Shown in pieces: positions 36,255 through 46,782 of a stretch of DNA of 64,000 nucleotides. Positions within the stretch are counted from its first letter, which is position 1; each line of letters opens with the position of its first letter. Source of the stretch: Basidiobolus meristosporus CBS 931.73. Lineage: Eukaryota > Fungi > Basidiobolomycota. Under the pieces are notes generated by a model. The model was not told where the DNA came from and ran no database searches. It saw only the letters and a program-made list of their open reading frames with translations. Both the position numbers and the translations under genes were made by a program. Location: contig MCFE01000310.1 in NCBI GenBank assembly GCA_002104905.1, positions 1-64,000 on the forward strand. Reading direction: 5' to 3'.

Positions 36255-38152
36255 CTACACACAAAGTTGAGCTAATGAATCAAATCTGCTCGTGGTGAAT
36301 TCCAGGATGCAGCTGTTGAATCTAGATTTTCTGGTCTTAGTTTGGTCAGATAATTTCAGCAGATTGGTGTGAAAGCTTACTCAGTAATATTGTCGACCAC
36401 ACCGACATACAGGCAATCCGACTCCTCCTCCGGGAAGCTAATGCCTGCTATCTCACCAAAGAAATCGATTTCTTGAGAACGGTCCAGAGATTGAGCATCC
36501 AAGATGTGTATGAAGTCGGCTGGCTCTGGGTTGATATGGTGTTTGGTGTTAGCAAGGTGCACCAAGGTTTACTTGGCGAAGAATGAGCTTCAATACCTGC
36601 AGCCACCAGGAATCTCCCATCGGGAGAATATCGTAAGGATCTGACTGCTCCCATCTGAGTCTCGAAGACTGAGAACGATTTTGCGAAATATCTAGTGTCA
36701 TACAGCCTATCCCCTACATGTTAACATCTCGGTGAATGTGTATTGTGCCGTAAGAATCATGTACCTTAATGTCATATCTAATAATATAATAAAAGATGAG
36801 GGTCTGATACAGTCCTTGGTTGCAAATAGTCAATCTAACCTTGGTTTCCCGTGGCCAAAACTCGCCCGTCTGGGCTCCAACATGTAGCAAATGAATAGTC
36901 AACATGCCCCGATAATGTGTTGATAACTTGAAGATTGATAAGTATATTATCTATTGGAAATTTGCTGACTCGATCACTTACCTTCTCCAGATTCGGCGTT
37001 TAAAATTGAGCAATTGGTATCGTCTCCCACCACAGAGAGTAATCTTCCATCAGGGCTTACTACTGCACACTTTCGGATTAATCAGCGGATAAGTTAGTTT
37101 GCCATTTAGGATGGGTGAGCGAAGTGGATGTTCTCACGTTAACGGGCCAGTCAAAATCGAACGTCTTGGTTATTTGCAGAGTTTCCAGATCCATTATGCG
37201 GATACAGCAGTCATTACTCGATATAATAGCCTGAAGAGCTATACAAGATCGATTGTGAATACAAGTAGATATTTGCATCCCAACGATTTCTGTGCCAACC
37301 TCCACTTCGTGACCGAGACATTTCCATATGATTCGTGATCCCATTTAAACTTTTGGTAACCGTTCCGGAGCGGAGATCGTTTTCTTCTCGTAAATTTTGG
37401 CAAAGAACTTCCCCATTGAACCCTGGAATCAAGGTTAGAGAACATTCTTGGCGCAACCGAGTATATATCATGCTTACCCCCCACGAGTAACAGATCTTCT
37501 TTACAAAGCAAGCTGCTTGCTTTAAAGTTGAGCAAGCTTGGATGATCCTCGTAGTCGATTATAGTCTGAGAGGTTCTAGAGACAGGAGACCAATGCTCAA
37601 CACCGTAACTCGCTAACATGTTTCGGAAAGACTCAAATTTAACTACAGGAATAGCCGAGATCAACGTATATGAGCTCCATACATGTATAATAAACATCAT
37701 TCTTGCTACCAGCCCATAGTAAATTCCTCAGTTGGAAATGGGCAATAAAACAGGTATCCCTGAGTGATGCGTAATTAAACTTGAAGAAATTCGCATCATT
37801 CCGCAAAGGCGATATCTCCTGTAGTATCTAGTGTGAGATGTTTTCAAAGGAACCTCAATTTGCAGATATAAAAACCTTCAAGATCGCTTCCCGGGAAGTA
37901 GAGAGACTACGATAATTGGAATACTTCCTAAGTCTACAGAGTCTCAATGAATGATTGCTTAAGTTTGCTTCCTTAATACAAGTGCCTGACCTTTCCCGAC
38001 GTAATTTTTCCCGGTTGCGCTGACCATAATCCCAAGAAAACCCTTGCTGTGGCGAAATCGTCCTTTTAGAAAAACATTCCTCAAAGTATATTGAGGGTTT
38101 ATACACATACGATATCAGTTCCCTCGCGAAGATCTTCCGGAGTGACCTCCAT
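36255..38152 (-). CDS. Conserved uncharacterised WD40-repeat protein (S. pombe C2A9.03-like/DUF2415-type), many introns
   Basis: Spliced MEVTPEDLREGTDI|QGFSW, ITNHM, SSNDCCIRIMD, FDWPVN, MGAVRSLRYSPDGRFLVAAEPADFIHI, QEIDFFGEIAGISF. Confidence 0.75.
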
Positions 38153-39154
38153 CTTGTAGAAACATCAATATCACCAGGAATGATCTTGGCAGAAGGACAA
38201 GCTGGATTCTCACCTTGTTGAACACCTGAATGTTAGGGGTATACCTCTCTAGCAAAAGTTGTGTTAAGAATAGCAACACTTGAAGATGTTCAGAATCAGT
38301 ATTGGTAAATACGTTTTGGTTGGTTATCATTAACGAGCTCGAACGCTCCAGAAGTTTGATAGACCAGCTGGTATTCCATGTGAATGCTTTTGTGAGGACA
38401 CTGGCGATATTAGAATAAGGACTGCTAATGGTAAAGAAAGTATTTAAACAAGATATCGATGGTATATGTTGACTTTTCCAGTAACAGCTGTACGCTTTCA
38501 AATACCAAGTATCACAGCAAAAATCACGTGGATTATGGTGAGGATATAGAACCAATTAACTACAGAACAAGACACAGCTGATGCATCCTTTGGATAAATA
38601 TAGATGCATGTGAGCATACAATATTATAGATGATCACTCGTGAATTGTCGGGTGTAGATTGAATCTCCAACAAGGCCCTCTCATTCTAGAACTCAGATAA
38701 ATAAAGATTCAATATAAAACACAGCTTAGCCCTAGCGCCTGTAATTGTTCCTGTAAAGATGCTGCTAGGGGATGGGATCCTATTCTTCGTTCGATAAGCG
38801 GGCGTTGTCCGGACCCATGTTGTACAGCCAAATGCGTGATAAATTGCTCTGCTGTCAGTTGACTGTTAGACGATCCTTACCAATTAACTATCAATTAGTC
38901 CATCACTGTCCCAGTTTCCAATATCGACAAAGGTCAGGAGCAGCCTTCCGACGTACAATTTGGTAGTGTCGCAGTCCAAATACAAGCCACCTGTGAATCG
39001 AACATTGACTCGTTGGCCCCGATAAGCAGCTACTTAAAACAGGTCTATTGCAACTTTACATACAGGCTTGCTGCTTGCTTTACTTATACATTTTAGTCAA
39101 ATAGGTAAACAGACTCAAGTACAGAGATGGCTGATGCTGGCAACTTTATTCCTT

Positions 39155-40969
39155 TTAACCAAGTATTACACAAGCAACTACGAAGCTTAAATTAATGGTA
39201 ACCAGTATAAAACTATGCTTCCAAGACAGTGGCCTCTTCATTGTTCGGAACCCTGAAGTGATCACCTGGGGAGTGGTACGAGTAGCATAGTGAGGGTTTT
39301 CTTTTAATTTGTACCCAAGAGCTCTGAATACCTTTAAAATTCCTGGACCAAATGCACCAGCTACCAAGCCTACCCCTGGTCTATCCAACTGTACTCCCGT
39401 TTCGGCGCTTGGTCGCATTAGGAACTCCAAAGAGCCCTTGTACTTTTCGCTATCGAAATGTGAAATGCTGCTGCCTTTTGTAAACGTAGTTGGGCTGTAG
39501 AGCGAGATCCCTGTCTCAGCAGTGATGCTAGCAGCATTTACCAATTCTGTTTCGTTATATGACGATTCTTTCTCCTCCTCACTTGGAAATGAAAAAACAA
39601 GGCCATTTGGGACGGTTGCAAAGCTGAACAAGGCCTGGGCTGCGAGACCGCCAGGTGTCAAACTAAACGCCTTCAACCACTCCGCTTTAGGTGAAGGGGG
39701 TATTGCGTTGGCAGAGTCCATTATCGACCTCTCGTAGCTATTCAATTGGATATTTTCTTTGCCAGCTACCAGATATTTGTCGAAAATGTTTAGCTTGCGA
39801 AAGCCCGTTAGCTTTCCTGAGCCCGGATCCTCCTCCTTCAGTGGGGGAGTAATCATGTTGAGACCGTCAACATATTTGTTCCAAGAAGAAGCGAATCCTA
39901 AGTATTCATTGATATTAGTCCAATTATTGCTGTCTGTAATGGAGCGGCGATTGCATACCCAATCCATGGAGCAGCTCGTGGATCACTACATACAATAGCA
40001 ATGAGGTCAGATCAACGAGCTTGGGCAACTGACAAGTGATAGAACATGCCTATGTACTCAAATTCGTATTGGTTAGACTTAATTGGACCGTCTTCCTGAG
40101 CGGGTTTCGATAATACTGAATTAGTATCTACGCCTATACACATGTCAGCAGCTTCTTACCTGGAACCAGACGGAGCTTCGCCGATCTGAGTTATGCTCTA
40201 TATTTGTTGTGAGTAAGGCAGAGCATAGGGACGGGGTGACAAGATGAACTCACCCACCTGCAATAATATCGAATTTAGTAAAAGCGAACTGGACTCCTAA
40301 CTGCTTAACTAAAGCCTGGTTGCACGAGTTAGCAAGGCCCAAAAAGATTCAACTGCGGTGCTTCATACTTGAGGATACATGTAATTGGAGTCGATGGAGT
40401 TTTCCTCGAACCCTTCCATAGCCCAATAAGAAGCAGCGCTTGCCTGACCCAAGGTGTTGGATTTACAAAGACGACTCATTTTCGATTCACAGAATCTCCT
40501 GATTTAGCACTATCAGAATCAACCCTATGTATGGTTGGTCGAATATAAGAAGCGTGTACCTTATATTCACTTGGATAGTTATTGGGGATTTGAGGTCCAG
40601 TACTGCCGTTATTCGTTGACCAGCATTTTCATAGGCATTTCGAATCTTCGTGCAAACATCTTCTTTCGTAGTGGGGTTTGCACATTTGAACTCCTCAACA
40701 ATAAACATATTTTGGGAGCTGCTGAGCACGCTTGCGGTACTCTTCCGATCGCCGGGAAGAGCCCAGGTGAGGTTAGACACTGGTTCATATTCAACGGCCT
40801 CTACATCAACAAGGTCTACCCTTTCCAACGGACGAATCATACTCCATTCATCACTTTTGAAGCCAAAAGTAACTGGAGAGCTTTGTAAAATAAAGAGCGA
40901 GCATGAGAGAGCAACGAACCAGAACTTTGTAGAGCTTCCTATCCAAGACAAAGTCCTTGTGGTTTTCAT
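39155..40969 (-). CDS. Secreted or membrane-anchored zincin-like metalloprotease (HExxHGLGF family), multi-exon
   Basis: N-terminal signal sequence, spliced YPQ|ALVKQL, YVVIHELLHGLG|FASSW (about 39957-39980), GSSISHFD...FLMRP, C-terminal hydrophobic helix. Confidence 0.75.
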
Positions 40970-41433
40970 TCGGACCTAACAGAGTTCGAAGGGTCGCACG
41001 AAGCTAAATTCTTTGAAGGGCCACTGTAGCATAGATTCGTAGATCCTCCCCTTACTACAAATCTGGATGAAGGTAGTGCGCTATTGTATCGGCTTACTGA
41101 GAGGACGCTCTTACAATAGTTCTCTCTTAGCACCCGTCTGTTCCGACCAAGAAAGTAGAAGCAACTTGACCAAGTGCTCATATATTAATGTATGTTTCAT
41201 TATTGATGACAGAAATCGATCATGAAACCCTCGCCACGGATGTATAAATCCGGCTTGTGTTTCATTTCCTGTTTGAGAATGTTGCGAATATGACAGTCAA
41301 CAATTTCAACTCCACGATGAGTTGTGCGATGGTAACAACTTCCAGTTTTATGCTTCTAATTGAACAGATTATGAGTTTATTAAAATGCAGCTGTGTATAC
41401 AAATTCATGATAAAAAGAAACTATGTAGACATC

Positions 41434-42297
41434 CTAGGCGTAGTGTGGATCGCTCTTGAAGAGCTCAGGAATCTTTTCAATACCCGCTTGACCAAAGTTC
41501 CAAGCGGCAGCGAGAGCTGCGCAAATACCTCCGGAAATCCCTGCGGCACGGAAACCGGCTAGTAATGATAAAAAGATTAGATCCGAAATAGTGAAAATAG
41601 ATGTTTCTTCACGCATACCTGTGGATTTGAAGACTGCGCCAGAGAGAGCTGCTGCACCAATACTGTTGAACATATCGTGTTGGCCACGAGCGGCACCAAT
41701 TGAGCTGTTGAAAGTATTGTACATCATAGCTAAGGAGCAGAGTTTAATATACGACTAAACATGGTGCATTGTGTACCAATGCCTCTTACCAATAACACCG
41801 AGAGAGTTTCCGACGAAAGGACCACGGCGTGTACAAGAGTTGAGTACAGAGTTCACGCGCAATTTGAAGCTGTTTCCATCAGGCTTTCTAAGACCTTCCA
41901 TAAGACCCCATGCACCGCCAGCGGTAAGACCTATGGCAACCAAGCTGATCAGTACTCCGTACCTTTACAAGGGTAGTTTCATCCAGAGTCTCATAAACAA
42001 GGTTCACATACCGAATAAGTAACTTGTACCGGTACCATAGCACAAATCATCACTCCAACCTCTGCTAGGCAAGGCTCCAGCAACGGGCTTTTGACCAACG
42101 TTAACGTTGGAGCCCATTTGGTCATCAAGGAATAAATATTCAACACCTCCGAATGCAGAAATGGGATGCAACTTATTGGAGCTGACATCCATGCTGCCCA
42201 AAAAGTCACTGACGTTCACAGTGTCTTGAGGGAATTCATTGCTGGCGTAGGTTTGTTGAGGGAAAGCCTCTCCGTTTTCTTCAGAAGTAAAAGACAT
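41434..42297 (-). CDS. TIM23: Mitochondrial inner membrane translocase subunit Tim23, multi-exon
   Basis: LPSRGWSDDLCYGTGTSYL, GGAWGLMEG, KLRVNSVLNSCTRRGPFVGNSLGV, AALSGAVFKST. Confidence 0.95.
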
Positions 42298-42674
42298 GAT
42301 ATGGGTATGAATACGTACAGGAAATGATATATAAATGGGCGGGCAATATACGAACCAAGAAGGATGAGGAATATGTATTCAGGTGTCCAAGGTGATCTTG
42401 AAAAATTTTCGTTCGAAAATTCCTGGGCTCTGATTGGACTCGAGACTACACAATGGATAATCTACTCCAGAGAAAAATTGATCTGTCTGACACAATTGGT
42501 TTGCTACTCAGTGGGAACTTGAGCTTGAGCCTATTCAATTCATTCGTCAATGGGATGTTAGATGAGGGTTCTTTTTTAGAACTGGTGATTAAGCAGTCCA
42601 CTGATGGAAGTGTAAACAAATAACGTGCTCTTGGGCTCATATTCACATTGGTTGGTTGAACGCAGAATACACCC

Positions 42675-43373
42675 ATGCTACCACTTGACAAACTTGAACT
42701 ACCGAGATCCGTGTTGGTGGAGATTTCAAAGGAAGGGGTTTGTATATTCTGAATGCAGCTTGAGCGTGATTGCGAGTTGACCATTGAACAGTTGCCTTCC
42801 GGGAGTATAATCAACAAAGAGGCCAAGTCGGCCATATCCAGGGCGGCGGTTGTGTTTATTAGCTATCTAACAGCAGTGTATCCTTTGAAACTTTTTCCAA
42901 CACTTCCTTTGCTTCCCTGTTTACTTCCTCAACTAAAAAACCCAGTGCTAACGAGCATGCCGGGACGAAGAAAACCATCTCAACCAATAATGTATTGCAA
43001 GCACTGAGCACTGTAGAGTTTTCCGAGTTTATACCAACCCTGGAACTTGAGCTTATGGGTATATTGAACGCTAACCCGTTTGTGCAAAGTAGCATCTGGA
43101 TAATTGACCCCGATTCTTGACATTTTGATAGAATATCGACGTATGATGAAGGAGAAGAAGGAGAGTAAGGCCAAAAGCAATGGCTCTACCTCTGCTGTAG
43201 AAGAAGAGGCTGGCGATGACCTCGAGGAGACCTGCATTGATGATCCGACGAGCCCTGTAGCTAGCGTAAGAAAGCGAAAAGTATCCATTGGATCTGAAGA
43301 GGAGGAAGAGCCAAACAAAAATCGCAGAACGAATGGATCAACTCAATCGCTTGAATCTCCTTCATCCGCATGA
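42675..43373 (+). CDS. DPB4: Histone-fold protein, DNA polymerase epsilon subunit D / CHRAC17 (Dpb4/POLE3), multi-exon
   Basis: MLPLDKLELPRSVLVEISKEG|LPSGSIINKEAKSAISRAAVVFISYLT...KKTISTNNVLQAL..EF, followed by an acidic/basic tail. Confidence 0.85.
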
Positions 43374-43489
43374 GCCTCTGCACCGGCTGAATCTTCTTCA
43401 TCCCTGTGAGCCTATGCATCGACCGAATCTCTTCCATCCCTATGAGCCCATACATCGACCGAATCTCTTTCATCCCTACGAACCTATCC
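43353..43489 (+). repeat. 36-bp tandem repeat, about 3.8 copies, overlapping the DPB4 stop codon
   Basis: GAATCT recurs at 43353, 43389, 43425 and 43461. Confidence 0.9.
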
Positions 43490-44054
43490 GTGTAATCGTT
43501 GCTCTCTAACGGGATTGGAACAAACTTGTGATCATCTGAAAACTGGTTTGCTTAGTCCGTGGGCCATCATGAATAAAATTAGTCACAGTCCAAGGAAATA
43601 TCAAGGAGCATGGTGTCTTGCATTAATTTACAAATCTAGGAACAACCAAGCTACGATTTTTACGTTCATCAAACATTCAGGTGAAGATTTTTGATTTGCA
43701 TGAGGAAGTGAATTTAAGCAAAATCTAGCCACCAGGTAGGAGCAGTACGTAATGAACATCACGCACAGAACCAGATTTTAGCAAATACCCCAACTAGGGA
43801 GAGGGAAGTGGTTGTGTGGATTCCAAGACACTCCATCACAACGGCGTTCCTTCTACAAGACGTGTAAAAACATCCCATAAATGGGAGAGATTTTTCCAGT
43901 GCATAAAGTGGTTTATGATTCGTGTATCAGTGAGGTTAAGCTGGAACGATGGAGGTTAAGGCTGTTGGCCTTATCGCATATGCGAATACTGTGAGACTGG
44001 TTTGGAAATCGCTGACATGACAAAAACTCTCCGGGCAAATAAGGTGATGCTACT

Positions 44055-44102
44055 ATACGATGGCTGCATATCTCACCAATACGATGGCTGCATATCTCAC
44101 CA
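44055..44102 (+). repeat. 24-bp perfect tandem duplication ATACGATGGCTGCATATCTCACCA x2
   Basis: Read directly. Confidence 0.9.
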
Positions 44103-44742
44103 GATTGGATATGAGAAACAGGGTACTAGTGGCTGAATCTGCCAGGATGGAATCAATGGAGTCTGCCCTGTGGTAGGATGCCTTAGAGTAGCTTCCAGTA
44201 TAGAGCCAATGATGCTCCAAATGTCATCAGGAACAGCTTGAGAATGCCACCCACAAAATATCTTAGTTGGTGAAGAAGGCAGAGCTCAAGGCAAATACGA
44301 GATCTACAAATTACAATTGATGCTCCAATATAGCGCCACCTCAAGGGAGATCTTGAGTAAATCTGTCAAGTGGTTGCTGGTCTTGGAGTACCACCAAACC
44401 GGCTTTTCTTGTGGGCAATGTCTCTAAATGCATCTTGATCCAAGAGTATCTGCCACCAATTGGTGCAGTATGTTTCTGAGGCAATATCATGCAGAGCCGT
44501 TAAAACTTTGGGATCCGAAGTAACGGGCTTAAGGGATGCTAATTGGATTTCAACACTGTGTTATTGGACTGGTAACGTAGCTCTGGTAGCAATAATAGTG
44601 AGTATTAGATACAACTGAGCTGGCCGTAGTCTCACAAACCTGTTTACTGGGAGGTGAGGTGAAGCCTAGTGTGCTATTCGACCGAAACAGCCCCACCTTG
44701 CTGCATTTTTTCTAGGTTTGGGTTGTTTTTCTAGTGGTGGGT

Positions 44743-44829
44743 ATGTACACCATTTCACCTCCGCCCTTTCGAATCACCATGTACACCATTTCACCTCCGC
44801 CCTTTCGAATCATCATGTACACCATTTCA
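44743..44829 (+). repeat. 36-bp tandem repeat, about 2.4 copies (ATGTACACCATTTCACCTCCGCCCTTTCGAATCAYC)
   Basis: Units at 44743, 44779 and a partial unit at 44815, with no spacers. Confidence 0.9.
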
Positions 44830-45227
44830 ATTTCCGTAAAGCGCTTCTCCTTGTCACTCGTTGCTAATGACGATCGCATGGATTGTACAGTTCATCAATC
44901 GATTGTTTGATTATCCACGCCCTGGCGAAAAAAGGAAAGATTGGAGTCAATCATCATGGAAGAAGGCTTACATACACTGACATTCATATTGATATGGGGG
45001 TTTTACATTAGCATGTAGTGGTACAGATCCAACTCCAATTTGGCTGGCTTATCCGCCTTCAGGTCGCATGTGGCCAAGGGGAATAGGTTTGATACAGAGC
45101 ATAGGGGCCATGGAGTTGGGGAAAACCCATTTCCTGTTTCGCCGTCGCTATATAATGGGAAAGTCGGTCACTCTCTCGATTCAAGAAATACGTTCCTCTC
45201 CAGTTCATTCATTTTTCCAAATATAGC

Positions 45228-45974
45228 ATGAGATATCCTAGCAACGACCAGAATTCAGCGGAATGTCCCATTCTGCCCAGTCCGCGTTCTCTCTTCCCAG
45301 AGATATTCAGCGAGAATCCTCAGATCAGTAGTGCTTTTAAGCCGAAGATCGCAACCTCCAGCTCCCACACAAATCTTGACAAATCCTTAGGTTTTGGTTT
45401 TGTTCAAAAACACAACGCGCTAAATCTCTTTGGATGTTGCGAGGTCGGCTGCAACTGCGATGCAAATATGTTGGGTGGTTCATCGCCTTCAGATACCTTC
45501 TCCAGCCCCTCATCATCGTCTCCAACCCCATCCTCTCCCGGTGGTTTTGAAAGCTTGCTACAGACTCAAGAGCGCAAGAGAAGAGCGGAGGATTACGCCC
45601 CGGATTATTTCACGTATCCTAGAGCAAAGACTCACAGAATGGACTCTAATCCTGGGCCATTTGGATTCACCGCCACTGAGATCGCTGATAATCCCGTCAA
45701 TCTTCAAAGGCCATACCCCCTTACTGCAAGCCCAGCCAAATCTATGCCGACGACCATTCGTAAGCCATACCAATGCACATTCTGTGGCAAACGCTTTGCC
45801 CGTCCCAGCTCGTTGAAAACACACACATATTCACACACTGGTGAAAAGCCATTTGTGTGCCCAGAAGAGGGTTGCCATAGTCAATTCTCTGTCCTATCTA
45901 ACCTTCGTCGCCATGCCAAGTTGCATGCCAGCATGAAAGGAGAACATGCTGACGCTATGAAGAACTACTCATAA
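45228..45974 (+). CDS. Two-finger C2H2 zinc-finger transcription factor, intronless
   Basis: YQCTFCGKRFARPSSLKTHTYSH-TGEKP-FVCPEEGCHSQFSVLSNLRRHAKLH, preceded by a Ser/Pro-rich N-terminus. Confidence 0.92.
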   Translation: MRYPSNDQNSAECPILPSPRSLFPEIFSENPQISSAFKPKIATSSSHTNLDKSLGFGFVQKHNALNLFGCCEVGCNCDANMLGGSSPSDTFSSPSSSSPTPSSPGGFESLLQTQERKRRAEDYAPDYFTYPRAKTHRMDSNPGPFGFTATEIADNPVNLQRPYPLTASPAKSMPTTIRKPYQCTFCGKRFARPSSLKTHTYSHTGEKPFVCPEEGCHSQFSVLSNLRRHAKLHASMKGEHADAMKNYS

Positions 45975-46782
45975 TACGCCTAGTATCAATGGTATTCTTT
46001 CATTCATGTTTCGATGTATTATATGTATTTTTATGACAAGTCTGCTTTCTAATTCTTCTCATCATCCCTGAATCCATTTCTAAGCGTCGTTTCTCCACAT
46101 GTTTCCTCACAACTCGAATGTATTATTATATGTAAAGTAACCAACTGCGTGGGTTATATGTTCTATTAGTCAATCACTAATTGAATTAAAGTTGTTCTCA
46201 ACTCCATTTCATTCCATGCACGGCCCCAACGTCGTTTGGCGGACCGGGTATTTCCGACATACCTCCCCAATTTCCCGCTCAACTTTATTTCGCCACCTGC
46301 GTGCATTGAAATGTTGGAGTATTTAATTTCCAAGCAAACACTTTTGTCTCCTTAAACACTCGGCTCATCCCTGCAAGAACGTAAATGGGAGGGCAGCCTA
46401 TATTTTGGATTCCATAGGATCTAGGGAGGGCAATTGACTCCTACTTCAACTGGATCGAATATTAGAATGCAACCCCAGATATGATACTTGGCAACAGTCT
46501 GACTTTTTTGGATGAAACTAGCTCAATATCTCCACTTTTGGCAATACATGGTTTAGATTGAAGTGCATCGCCATGCAAGGTTGGTAATGGATCTGTTGAT
46601 CGCCCAAGCTCTTCGCTCTCCAATTCATTTTGAATACATAGCTGACTAACTTAGAGCCAAATTTAATCAAATCAACTCTCCCCAATTTCCCAAGTAAAGG
46701 AATGTCTACTCTACACAAAATTCTTATTTGAAACAAAATCACTTGAACAAGTGTCGGTGAATACTGCACCAAATACAAAGAG

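Noticed and set aside
38115-38555. 146-aa minus-strand ORF upstream of the WD40 gene
   Set aside because: Non-ATG start and no motifs. It overlaps the WD40 first exon in another frame, so it is probably UTR or promoter.
43371-43445. In-frame TGA series read as selenocysteine or programmed readthrough
   Set aside because: Fully explained by tandem duplication of a stop-containing unit. There is no redox motif and I could not identify a SECIS; Dpb4 is not a known selenoprotein.
44743-44829. 36-bp direct repeats of CRISPR-like length (also 43353-43489)
   Set aside because: Units are contiguous with no spacers, no cas genes are present, and the context is eukaryotic.
24175-44829. Shared TTTCGA core in three unrelated tandem repeats (24175, 31118, 44743)
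   Set aside because: Only 6-9 bp are shared and the contexts differ (intergenic, intron), so it cannot be separated from chance without a genome-wide count.
43510-45000. Transposon in the long intergenic region
   Set aside because: No terminal inverted repeats, LTRs, target-site duplication or transposase/RT motifs were recognisable.
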